The notes under the pieces are model-generated. The model did no database searches. It was given only the letters and a program-made list of their open reading frames with translations, and was not told the DNA's origin. The translations under genes were made by a program, and so were the position numbers. Below are positions 49,086 to 61,915 of a stretch of 64,000 nt of DNA, piece by piece; the first letter of the stretch is position 1, and each line of letters starts with the position of its first letter. The DNA is taken from positions 215,204,001-215,268,000 of the forward strand of contig NC_086097.1 in NCBI RefSeq assembly GCF_963921235.1. The letters are read 5' to 3'. This DNA comes from Mobula hypostoma. Its lineage: Eukaryota.

Positions 49086-50361
49086 ATTCTGTGTGTAACC
49101 AGCTTCAGATTGTACCATCATTCAACTAAAACCTAGTTCTCTGTTTATTCTGTTTCCCAACTTCCCTTCCATTTATTGATTGAAGACAACATTTTGTTGA
49201 CCAAAATGTGAAAACAAAAATGCACAAAAATAGGTAAACACTTCAAAACAGATTTTGACTTAAAACATATCGAGTACCATGTAGGCACCATCACGTTGTG
49301 CCTGTATTCGTGTCTTCACTAGTCCCCGCTTTCCAGCTTAGTGAACCCCCTCCCACTGTGCAGGAAGCTACGGGCTGCCAGCTTTCTGTGGGGAGACCAC
49401 AGATGGAACTGGACGTCAGCTCTGAGCCCCAAAGGCTTGGCTTCAGACCGCACATTGTTGTGATAAGAGGAAGCAGGCGGGGCTGCCTGGCTGACAGGCT
49501 TCAGTGAGAGTACCAGAGAGTGGCAGTGATGAGATCCCAAAATGCTGCTGTACTGCTACACACTATCTGGAGCTGCTGTCATCCTCTCCACGGGGCACCT
49601 CAGCAGTCTTAGTAATCAATTAGAGGACAGATTGCAGCAATGTGGCGAGGCCTAGCAAGAGTCCTTGCCACAGGTATTTTTCACCACAAAGGCTTAGCCC
49701 GAGCTTGCACGGTGCATGTCTGACAGTCCACGGCAGCACTAATGACTTGGGCACTTGTGTTGTAAAGGAAATTGTGATTTTGTGCCAGTAGGCTTTGATA
49801 TGACTAATCTGCCAATGTACTAATGTAATTGGCCACTACATCCATGGTAGAGATAGGCTTTAAGCTCTCTGCAAGCCCCTGAACGAGGCTGAATCTATAT
49901 ATCCCATGCTCCTGGACATTGCTTGTAGCATTCTGGAAATCCTGGCAGCGTGCTGGGACTTTCATTCTCCTCACACCTCAGCTTTCTCCTGTGGGCTACC
50001 TCTGCACAAAACACATGTACATTCTCATCCTGCAGGGATCTGTTCATGAACTCCTCACTTACTCTGCCTCGGCTGCAGGAGGGGCCTTTGAGTTATCATC
50101 TACAGTGCACGGAGTGCCTGTATCTGAGGTGGTGGTCGAGGACTGATATTGTTTTATTTTCACTCTTTCCTTCCTCTTCTGGCATTGCTTGTCAGGGTTA
50201 CATTTTGTGGTTATTTGAAATAAGGAAAATTTTAAAAATGTTGTAGTAAAGGGAAGGGAAAGCAGCAAGAGGCGTAAATGAGAAGGTCAGTGTAAGCTGA
50301 GGAGGAATAGGGATGGGAAGTCTTCTCAGGTCTCAGTTCTGCAGCTGGTCATAAATCAAAG

Positions 50362-51838
50362 TCTTGGAGGCGCTCAGCAGGTCAGACAGCAACCAAGGAG
50401 GCATATGGAAGGTTTTGGGTCTGAACTGAAAGTGTGGAGAGGAGACAGGCAACATAAAGAGGTGAGAAGGAGGGGTAAAACAGGGGCTGGAAGGTGATAG
50501 GTGGAACCAGGCGAGTCCTGGAGTGAAGAACTTGATCTTGGAAATAGATGCAGGCAGAAATAGAGAGCCTGAGAGAAAGGGATGGCATGCTCACGAGAGA
50601 CTGAGCGGGAGGAAATGTAATCAAGGTAGCAGAGAGAGTCAGTGGGTTTATAATAATGTTAATAGGTGCCTGTAGTTGGTCTCCTGAGGTGGAGGCAGAA
50701 AGATCCGGAAAGTGGAGAGTGGCATCTGAAAGGGTGAATTTGAGGGCAGTGTGGAAGCCCGTAACTAGAGTATCAACATTAAAGAGAGTTGAGGAGTGAT
50801 GCCAGTCACAGCTGATCAAATTATGAAGAGTTCCCCTCAACCAGGAAGGCTCTGGAGAGGAGTAGGTGAGTTATGTAGTCAAGCCTGTCTCTCACTAATT
50901 TCCTAGTCTTCCTCAACCTTGCCCTACAAAAGAGAAGGAAGTGCCTTGGTCCATGTAACGTAATGTATTCGAGTGATTATGCTGTAATGTTTGAATAGTC
51001 ACTAGGAGCAGATTGCGATGCTGCATCAAAATTCTTTGGCTTGACTCCTGGAGTACTCCTCCAGAGCTGACCCTCTTCACTGCTTTTCCAACACGAGCCT
51101 TAGGGGTCTTCTCTCTTCTACTTTCTCTGTCAAGGTCTCCACTGGAAAACTGAAGCCAGTTTATTTTCCTCCATCATTTGGTGAGATATGATCAGTTCCA
51201 CCACACTGCAGGTATGGTGTGCAATTCCTCACGATACAGGCGGATAGGGTGGCAACTTTGCCCAAACACCTCAGCTCAGCCCACAAGTATGACACCAAAC
51301 TATCAGCTTTCCAGTTTAGTCATCAATTCCACCTGCATTTTAAGTGCTCAACCTTCAGCCCCCTAGGACTCTCGACATAAGCTTTGTTTCATCTGCTGAC
51401 CTACAGCCTTCCGGACTTAGCAATGAATTCAACCATTTTAGATAAATGTCAGTTTCAGCACCTTCATTTTCAATTTCAAATATACACTGTTTTTACCTTC
51501 TGTAGTTTCAGATATCATTCTCGATTTTCACATTTACACCCCTCCAGATTTGCCTCTTATTGTTATTTGTACCAATAAATTTCACTTTCAAACTTTTTAA
51601 ATTTCTCTTTCTATTCACCTTTCACAAGCTTTCCCTTCCACTGCTTCCTCAATTCCCACTTATTGTTCATTTTAAAAGTCATTTTTTGGTCTGCATTTTC
51701 CCAGTTCTAATGAAAGGTTCCAAATTTGAAATGGTAACTCTGTTTCTCTTCCACAGGTGCTGCCTCACCTGCAGAATTTTTCCCAGTGCTTTTTGTTTTT
51801 GCTTCAGATCACCAGCATCTGCAGCATTTTATGTTTGT
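50362..51838. mobile_element. Very old PLE remnants in inverted arrangement
   Basis: Left arm tggaggcgctcagcaggtcagacagca plus minus-strand FHTALKFT RT-like motif; right arm acagccttccggacttagcaatgaattc and a decayed hammerhead/tail at 51700-51838. Confidence 0.55.
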
Positions 51839-52904
51839 AGCTTGAACTGCCATGCATCCTCACAAATTAGATGTCCTGCTTGATGAAGCAAACATAGTTA
51901 ACTGTGGCTGGGTTTTGAAATCATTAAAAAGAACAGGCAGCAAACATTTTGCAGGCATTGATTTGAACAGCAGCCAGTTAACATTCACTGGGCCTGTTTT
52001 CCTGAGACTTGCTATTTCCATAGCTTAATTTAATGTATTAGCATTCATTTTAAATGAAGCTGCTATTTTAAAATAATGCTTTTCATTTGCATTGTCTGCA
52101 TCAGACAATACATTTGCTGTCTATACTATACTGCACCTGTTTAAATAAAGGTGATAAAAGCAATCTGGGCAACTTGTTTTCTAAGTCTCAATGTAAAGAA
52201 GCACCTGGGACACACCAAGCACTTTACAACATCAGCACTAATAGTTACTATGCTGTTAATGAATTAGAGCTTCTAAAAGCAAAACACAATGGGGCCTACA
52301 TCAAGCTGAGCAGATGCAAGGCCTCACTATCAGTATAAATTAGTTAGGGTCTCTGCCCTGGCTATTTCCTGCTGGCTGATACTAATTATGCATTTAAATT
52401 TTTAATTCACCGTTGATGGGAATTGGGCATTTTCAACCAGAAATCATGTTTCACACTGGTAGTTAGATGAGCAGAAATATTCAGCTGAGGGAGGTAAATT
52501 TGGGCTGATGATTTTTTGAAAAGGAAACTACACGTAGAAAGCCCAAGCCCAGACTCCTGCTCTATTTATGTAAAAACTGCAGCTATTCATATGCAATTTA
52601 AAGGTTGAAAGGATTCTACTTCTAAGAGCAGGTTTGAGATTACAACAGCAGGTATCAATTGTTACCAAGCTTGTCCAATCAAGGTAAAATGCCCTCTGGA
52701 GTGAGAAACCCCATGGGGCCAATCAGAGAGTGGCATTTCGGCCAAGGGCATTTATCACCTGGTATTAATGAGTAGAGAAGTAACCAAATGCAAGAAAATC
52801 ATTATTCTACCAGCGAGACTAAAACCTCTCAGATATACTACAGCTTTTAATGTTCACCTCTTTTGTGCAGTACTGTGCATGTTTTTTACTGCTTATAGCA
52901 GATA

Positions 52905-54135
52905 AATATTCTCCATCATCGATGCTGCCTTCACCCACCTCTTCTCCATTTCCTGAATGACCTCTCTCATCCCATCTTTCCAATGCCTTAACAGGGATAG
53001 AGTTCCCCTTGACCTTACCTACCACCCCGTGAGCCTCCACATCTTCCACCTTCAGTGAGATCCTACCACCAAACACATCTTTTACCTCCTGCCACCCCCA
53101 ATCTCCACTCTCTGCAGGGATGGCTCTCTCCACCATCCTTGCCCATTCACCTCTCCCCACTAATCACCCTTCTGGCACTTAACTCTGCAAGCAGAAGAAG
53201 TGTTGTATCTATCCATTCACCTCTTCCCTCACCTCCATTGAGGGCCCCAAAAGTCATTCTAGGTGAGGCAACCTTTCACCTGTGAGTCTGTCGGGGGTCA
53301 TCTACTGAATCCAATACTCCTTTTGCGGACTTCTCTGCATCAAAGTGGCCTGATGTAGATCGGGTAACTGCCTTGTCGAACACCTTCATTCTATCTGTAA
53401 TAAACAGGGGATGTCCTGATAGCCAAATATTTTAATTCCAATCCTGATTTCCACTCCAAAATGTCATTATGTGGCCTCCTCTACTACCCTGGTGAGATCA
53501 CTCTCAGGTTGGAGGGGCAAAACCTCATATTCTGTCTGAGTAACCTCCAACCCAATGACTTGAACATCGATTTCTCTAACTTCCAGTAATTTTTTTCCCA
53601 TCCCTCCATCCCTCTTTTTCAATCCCCACTCTGGCTCCCCTCTTATCTCTTCTCTGAGGTTGAGAGGGATAATAAATCAGTCATGATGGAATGGAGGAGC
53701 AGACTCAATAGACCAAATGGCCTAATTCTGCTCCTATGCCTTATGATCTTTTGGTCTTCTCCTCACCTGCTGAACTCCTCTGCCTGGTGCCCCTCCTCCT
53801 TCCATTTCTCCCATGCTCCACTTTCCTCTTCTATCAGACTCCTTCTTCTCCAACTCCTTTACTTTTCCAACCTATCACCTCCCAGCTTCTCACCTGATCT
53901 CCCCAACCTCCTCCACCCAGCTACCTTCCCCCTCAATTGGTTTTACCTATCATCTTATAGCTTTTACTCCATTCTGTTCCCCACCTTCTTACTTTAGCAT
54001 CCTCCCCCTTCCTTTCCAATGCTGATGAAGGGTCTCAGTCTGAAATGTTGATCGTTTTTTCCCTTTCCATAGATGCTGCCTGACCTGCTGTGCTCCTCCA
54101 GCATTTTGTGTGCGCTACTCAAGATTTTCAGCATT
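52905..54135 (+). mobile_element. Degenerate PLE 3' half (decayed GIY-YIG and hammerhead) with a CR1 tail inserted at ~53655-53755
   Basis: Colinear with 35474-36529; ctgatgaagggtctcagtctgaaatgtt at 54022. Confidence 0.85.
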
Positions 54136-54324
54136 GTATGCACTCGTATTGTATAAGTTATTGCTCATAAATTGAACTTTTTATTGATTGTGTTGTGTAG
54201 TTGAAGGTCAGTTATTCTCAGTTTGATAAGGATTAATGACTGCAAACAATTGGGTTTTACCACTGTATCATTGCCTTAAATGCTGCACTTGCAAGTAAAA
54301 TATGTATCTACCTTCTGATATAAG

Positions 54325-54810
54325 ATAGTCTTAGAAAAGTTCAGGACCCAAACAGGCCCTTCAGCCCATCTAGTCTATGCCAGACCATTTAAACTGCCCA
54401 CTCCCATCAACCTGCATTGGGACCATAGCTCACCATACCCCTACCGTCCATGTACCTATCCAAACTTCTCTTAAATATTGAAGCCGAGCTGACACACACC
54501 ACTTGTGCTGTCAGTTGATTCCACACCCTCGCAGAGGACAGGTTGCCATTTTGACTGGAAAAGAAGAAGAAGCAGAAGGGTTCTGGCACTATCTGGACTG
54601 TTACAAAAACTGTACCGTATAATTCTTTCTTCTTTCTGAGTGAGGAAGTTTACCCTCATGTTCCCCTTAAACTTTTCACCTTTCAGCCTTAACTCATGAC
54701 CTCTACTTGTAGTCTCACCCAATCCTAGTGGCAAAAACTTGTTCTATTTACCCTGTTTACATCCCTCATAAGTTTGTATACCTCTATCAAATCTCCCCTC
54801 ATTCTTCTAG
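54325..54810 (-). mobile_element. Old CR1 3' fragment with a ~100-bp insert at 54531-54633
   Basis: Homologous to 3570-3865; EKFKGNMR motif. Confidence 0.75.
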
Positions 54811-55829
54811 CTGAAATGTTAACTCTTTCTTTCTTCACAGATGGTGCTTGACATGGAGAGTATCTCTAGTGTTTTTACTATTTAATCTGGATATCAGCAT
54901 TTGAAGTTTTTGCACTTTTCATGAATTCACTTCAATCCTTCGGAACATCCCATTTACACTTTATTTCCATCTCTTTGCAAATTCCAGTGGGTCTCTAACC
55001 TTATGATTACCAAAGTTTCAGACCTTTGTCTACCGCCTCCCCCCACAACCCTGAATCTTGAACCTAACCCTCCCTTATTTTCTTGCATTGCCCACTGCTC
55101 CCCAATATCCGTCCATTGAATCTTCCACTTCCTGACACTCCCGCACTGCATCTGTTGCTCCTTAATGCTGTTGCAACAAGTCTGTTGCTCTCAAACATCC
55201 TTTCATTCAATCTACTTCCCAACTCCTTCCCTGCAATACCCTTGCTCTGAACTTATCGCCTCCTGATACTCATGCCTTGGGCCTGTTGTTCCCTTGTACC
55301 CTGGGATTCAGCCTTCTGCTCCCTGTACTAAGTATACACTCCTCAATACCATCACTGCTTCACCCTCTGCCAATCACAGCATCCAAAATACTGGTCTCTG
55401 CTGCATCCTCTGGTCGCTGAGCCCGTGAATCTAACCGTGCAATAGGAATACTGGGTGGAACAAATGCAACAGTCACTGGCCCCACATTGCTGGACAGACT
55501 TAACACATCCATCAATGCACCAGCATTTTGAGGTACTTATATATAATCATTATTACAAATCACAGAGTGATGCTAACCAGATAAGAGCTGAATTTTACTT
55601 CACAGGACATCAGGGTTTCAGTCTGAGTGTGGGGTTAACACCATTGAAATTGATAGCTCATCAGGCAGCTGCATCTGGATTTCACTCAAGCTCGCTCACC
55701 CTGGGAGAACTGTGTCGCCAATTGCCATTCATCAAATAGAGAAATTTGACCCTCATTTCAGTGCTAGATCCAGGTATCTCTAAAGTTCCTGAAAGTTGAC
55801 AGCAAAATTAAGGTGAATACACAGTAGTG

Positions 55830-58800
55830 TAGAACAGAGAACATGGAACGGTACAGCACAGGAACAGCACAGCACAGGCATCAAAGACTCTGAGTGAAAA
55901 AAACTTACCCCTCACATCTCCCTTGAACCTAACCCCTGTCACCTTCAATGCATGCCCTCTGGTATTAGACAATTCCACCCTGGGAAACAGGTACTCTGTC
56001 CATCCTATCTATGCCTCTCATAATGTTATAAACCTCTATCAGATCTCCACTCAGCCTCCGGTGTTCCAGAGAAAGCAACCCAAGTTTATCCAGCCTCCCA
56101 TGACAGCACATGCCCTCTAAAACAGGCAGCATCCTGGTAAACCTCTTCTGCACCCACTCCAAAACCTCAACATCCATCTCACAGTGGGGAGGAACAGAGC
56201 TATATGCAATACTCCAGATGTAGCCGAAACAGAGTTTTATAAAGTTGCAACATAACCTCTTGACTTCTGAACTTAATGCCACGACTAATAAAAGCAAGCA
56301 TTCTATAAGCCTTCTCAACCACATTATCGATCTGTGTAGCTACTTTCAAGGAGCTATGAACTTCGATCCCAAGATCTCTCTGCTCAGCAACACTGTTAAG
56401 AATCTTGCCCTTAACGGTGTACTGTCTCCTTGTATTTGCCCTACCAAGGAGCAACACCTCCCATTTATCTGGGTTAAACCCCATCTGCCATTTCTCTGTC
56501 CATATCTACAGTGACATATATCACGCTGTATGCTTTGCCAATCTTCTACACTATCCACAACTCCACCACTTTTGGTATCATCTGCAAACTTCCTGACTCA
56601 CTCACCGATGTTTCCATCCAGGTCATTTCTGTACATCACAAACAGAGAAGGTCCCTGTGGAACACCACTAATTACAGACCTCCAGCTTGAATAAGTCCCT
56701 CCAGCCACTACCCTGTCTTCTATGCGCAGGCTAGTTGTGAATCAGAACAGCCAATTCGCTATGGACCCCAAGCACCTTCATCTTCTGGATTAGCCTCCCC
56801 TGAGGGACTTTGTCAAACACCTTACTAAATCCATGTTGGCAACATTCACTACCCTACCTTCATCAATCTCTCTTGTCACCTTCTCTAAAACTCAATCAAG
56901 TCAGTAAAGCATGACCTGCTACACAGAAAGGCATGCTGGCTCTCCCTAATTAGGCCATGGTTTTCCAAATGCTCATATATCCTATCCCTAAGAATTTTTT
57001 CCTCACAGTTGCCTTACAACTGAAATGAGTCTCACAGCTGTACAGTACCCAGATTTTTCCTTGATTCCTTCTTAAACAGAAGTACATTAGCCATTCACAG
57101 TTCCTCTGGGACCTGGCCTGTGGCTAGAGAGGACACAAAGATACTGGTCAAGAGGTAAGTCCCATCAGACCTGGGGACTTATCCAACTTATTACTCATTA
57201 GAAGGCCCAAGACATCCTCCTCCTTGACCGCTAAACGCACTAACATTCACTTAGCACCGAACTTCAGGTCCTCCGTATTCTTTTCCTTGGTAAATACTGA
57301 AGCAAAGTACTCATTAAGTACCTCACTCACACTTTCCACATCCAAACAAATGTTCCCTCCTTTACCCTTGAGTGGTCCCACCCTCTCCCTAGTTATCCTC
57401 TTTCTCTTGCTATATGTATAGAATGTCTTGGGATTCACCTTAATCCTATCTGCCAAGGACTTTCCATGGCCCCTCCCAGTTTTCCTAATTTCCTTCTTTA
57501 GTTCTTTTCTAGTTCCTTTATACTCCTCATGTGCTTTATTTGATCCTAACTTCCAAAGGTTTACATACTTTTCCTTTTTCTTCGTAACTAAAATCATTAC
57601 CTCACTGGACATCCGAGGCTCTCTTATCTTTCCATCCCCGCCCTTCCTTCTAACACGAACGTGCCTGTGCAATTGATCTTTAAACTCCCTCCCCATGTCT
57701 GATGTGGACTTGCCAGAGAAAAGGTGTTCACAATTAATGCTTCTTAGTTCCTGGCTAATGCCCTCATAATTTGCCCTGCTCCAATTTAAAACTTTCCCAC
57801 AAGGACCAAACCTATCCTTATAGAACCATAGAACCATAGAAACTACAACACAGAAACAGGCCCTTTGGCCCTTCTTGGCTGTGCCGAACCATTTTCTGCC
57901 CAGTCCCACTGACCTGCACACGGACCATATCGCTCCATACACCTCCCATCCATGTATCTGTCCAATTTATTCTTAAATGTTAAAAAAGAACCCACATTTA
58001 CCACCTCATCTGGCAGATCATTCCATACTCCCACCACTCTCTGTGTGAAGAAGCCCCCCCTAATGTTCCCTTTAAACTTTCCCCCCTCACCCTTAACCCA
58101 TGTCCTCTGGTTTTTTTCTCCCCTTGCTTCAGTAGAAAAAGCCTGCTTGCATTCACTCTATCTATACCCATCATAATTTTATATACCTCTATCAAATCTC
58201 CCCTCATTCTTCTATGCTGCAGGGAATAAAGTCCTAACCTATTCAACCTTTCTCTGTAACTGAGTTTCTCAAGTCCCGGCAACATCCTTGTAAACCTTCT
58301 CTGCACTTTTTCAACCTTATTTATATCCTTCCTGTAATTTGGTGACCAAAACTGAACACAATACTCCAGATTCGGCCTTACCAATGCCTTATACAACCTC
58401 ATCATAACATTCCAGCTCTTATACTCAATACTTCGTTTAATAAAGGCCAATGTACCAAAAGCTCTCTTTACGACCTTATCTACCTGTGACGACACTTTTA
58501 GGGAATTTTGTATCTGTATTCCCAGATCCCTCTGTTCCACTGCACTCCTCAGTGCCTTACCGTTAACCCTGTATGTTCTACGCTGGTTTGTCCTTCCAAC
58601 GTGCAATACCTCACACTTGTCAGTATTAAACTCCATCTGCCATTTTTCAGCCCATTTTTCCAGCTGGTCCAAGTCCCTCTGTAGGCTCTGAAAACCTCAC
58701 TGTCTACTACACCTCCAATCTTTGTATCATCAGCCAATTTGCTGATCCAATTTACCACATTATCATCCAGATCATTGATATAGATGACAAATAACAATAG

Positions 58801-61100
58801 ACCCAGCACTGATCCCTGTGGCACACCACTAGTCACAGGCCTCCACTCAGAGAAGCAATTCTCTACCACCACTGTCTGGCTTCTTCCATCGAGCCAATGT
58901 CTAATCCAATTTACCACCTCTCCATGTATACCTAGCGACTGAATTTTCCTAACTAACCTCCCATGCGGCACCTTGTCAAAGGCCTTACTGAAGTCCATGT
59001 AGACAATATCCACTGCCTTCCCTTCATCCACTTTCCTGGTAACCTCCTCGAAAAACTCCAACAGATTGGTCAAACATGACCTACCACGCACAAAGCCATG
59101 TTGACTCTCCCTAATAAGCCCCTGTCTATCCAAATGCTTGTAGATTCTGTCTCTTAGTACTCCCTCCAATAACTTACCTACTACTGACGTTAAACTCACC
59201 GGCCTATAATTTCCCGGATTACTTTTCGATCCTTTTTTAAACAACGGAACAACATGAGCCACTCTCCAATCCTCCGGCACTTCACCCGTAGACAGCGACA
59301 TTTTAAATATTTCTGCCAGGGCCCCCGCAATTTCAACACTAATCTCCTTCAAGGTCCAAGGGAGCACTCTGTCAGGTCCCGGGGATTTATCCACTTTAAT
59401 TTTCCTCAAGACAGCAAGCACCTCCTCCTTTTCAATCTGTACAGTTTCCATGGTCTCACTACTTGATTCCCTCAATTCCATAGATTTCATGCCAGCTTCC
59501 TTAGTAAATACAGACGCAAAAAACCTATTTAAGATCTCCCCCATTTCCTTTGGTTCCGCACAAAGCCGACCACTCTGATCTTCAAGAGGACCAATTTTAT
59601 CCCTTACAATCCTTTTGCTCTTAATATACTTGTAAAAGCTCTTTGGATTATCCTTCACTTTGACTGCCAAGGCAACCTCATGTCTTCTTTTAGCCCTCCT
59701 GATTTCTTTCTTAAGTATTTTTTTGCACTTCTTATACTCCTCAAGCACCTGAAACTATAGCAGTCCTGAAACTTAAGGAGTTGTGATCACTGTTCCCTGA
59801 TTGTTCACCTACTAAAAAGTCAGTCACCTGGCCAGGCTCATTACCCTACACCAGGTCCAGTACAGCCCCTCCCCTAGTTAGCCTGTCCACATCTTAATTT
59901 AAGAAACCTTCCCAGATGCATTTAACAAATTCCGCTCCATCTAAACCCCTTGCACTAATTTGAATAATTTGACTAATTTCCTTAATTTGATTACATATCT
60001 GTTCCTCAATGTGGCTACTGGGGAGGTCTGTAGTACAATCCCTTCAGTGTGACTGCACCCTTTCTACTTATGAGCTCTACCCAAATGGTCTCTGCGTCTG
60101 ACCACTCCATTATATCTCTCCTGAAAGTAACTGTGATATTGTCCTTGATTAGTAGTGGAACTTCCACGCCACCCCCACCACCTCTTTTACCTCCTTCTCT
60201 ATCTTTTCTAAAACTTTGAAAACCTGGTACATTAATCACCCATTCCTGCCCCTCTCTCAACCAGATTTCAGTATTGGCCACAATATCATAGATCCATGTA
60301 CTGATCCATGTTCTAAGTTCATCACCCTTACCCATTAATCTCCCAGCATTAAAATATACACACTTCAAACTATCTGACCCATCATGCCTTTTATTTCAAC
60401 TTTGCCTTTCAGAACTTTCCCTGACATCTACCTTCTGGTCAGATTCTTCCATCACTGGCCTGGGGCTCTGGTTGCCAGCCCCTGCAAAAATAATTTAACC
60501 CCTCCCGAGTAGCATCAGCAAACGTCCCGGACAGGATATTGGTTCCCCTCCTGTTCGGGTGCAACCTGTCCCTCTTGTACAGGTCATCCCTTCTCCAGAA
60601 AAGGTTCCAGTGATCTAAGAACTTGAAACGCTGTCCTCTGCGTCATCTCCTCAGCCATTCATTCATACGTACTATCGCCCCATTTCTACCTGCTCAGGGC
60701 ACAGGAAGTAACCAAAAGGAGATTGCTACTTTGGAGGTCCTTCTCCTGAGCCTCTGTCCTAACTCTATATGCTCTCTGCATAGGACCTCTTCCCCTTTCC
60801 TGCCTACGTCATTGGTGCCAATATGGACCACATCTTCTGGCTGTTCCCCCTCCCCCTTGAGAATATCCTGCAACCGCTCTGACCCTAGCACCTGGGAGGC
60901 AACACACCTTCCTGGTATCTCATTTTCAGCCACAGGATCTCCTTTCTGTCCCCCTAACTATCAAATCCCCTATAACTACCGCACTGCCCGACTTTACCCT
61001 TCCTTGTTGAGCCCCAAAGCTGGCCGTAGTGCCACAAGCCGGACTGTTGCTGCTGTGATTTGCTGGTCACCCCCACCCCCAGCAGTATCCAAAGAGGAAA
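55830..61100 (-). mobile_element. Old near-full-length CR1 (ORF1 remnant, endonuclease, RT) split by a younger CR1
   Basis: VHIGTND (60694 ORF), YFNAG..YYRPP (60015 ORF), NPKTFY..LNEYFASVFT (57247 ORF) and EQRDLG (56200 ORF). Confidence 0.85.
57821..59750 (-). mobile_element. Younger 5'-truncated CR1 with a frameshift near 58695
   Basis: ORFs 58549..59748 and 57998..58672; (catagaac) tail; tatag at 57819-57823 and 59756-59760. Confidence 0.95.
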
Positions 61101-61661
61101 CTTAGCTCAGGGAAATGCACCAGGAAGTTTTCTTACCCGCTCTTGCCTTGCCCATAGTTTTCTTGCTGAAGGGGTACATGCTGTACTTGGAAATCTAGGT
61201 TTTAATTTTGGCAAGGTTGTTTGTATAACTGCCTTTAATTGGGCTTGAGGTTAGAGCCTAATTGACCAATAGCAGAACCCTGGCAGGAAGACGGCGTGGG
61301 GAGCTGGAGAGGGGGGAGCAATTCGCAGCATATAGGACAGTGTCTTCTGGCAGTGCATTAGTTTCATTTATGTGCCGAGCAGTGGTGTTTCAGGAACCTC
61401 TGTTTATCAGGTCAGCTGGAAGAAGTGCTGCTCTCTGCTGGCTGCATTACCAGCAGCCTTCAAATATTCCACTGTATATCCTTAGTCAGAATTCAGCTGG
61501 AGAACGATAGGAAGTTCTAGTCACCATGGTGCAGGAAGAATATGACAGCACTGGAGAGGAGATTCACCGGGATGTTGCTTGGGATGGAGCAGTTCAGGTA
61601 TGAGACTCTTGAGAAGTTAGGCCAGCTCTCCCTGGAGCAGAGGAGGTTATAAAGGACATAA

Positions 61662-61915
61662 CAACACACACAACGTGCTGGAGGAACTCAGCAGGCCAGG
61701 TAGCATCTATGGAAAAGAGTAAACAGTCAAAGTTTTGGGCTGAGACCCTTCACTAGGACTCTCCTAGTCCTTTACCACAGTCCCAATGAAGGGTCTTCGC
61801 TCACAATATTGACTGATTACTCTTTTCCATAGTTGCTGCCTGCCTGGCCTGCTGAGTTCTTTCAGCATTTTGTGTATGTTGCTTGGATTTCCAACATCTG
61901 CAGATTTTCTTATGC
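61662..61915. mobile_element. Short palindromic PLE derivative with two decayed hammerheads
   Basis: Arms 61662-61760 and 61779-61882 are reverse complements; the right arm has an extra tail. Confidence 0.85.

Noticed and set aside
61520..61650. Strong Kozak gtcaccATGg downstream of the promoter-like motifs
   Set aside because: It lies in a decayed CR1 fragment (SPW..ALE..RRFT.ML.GME)
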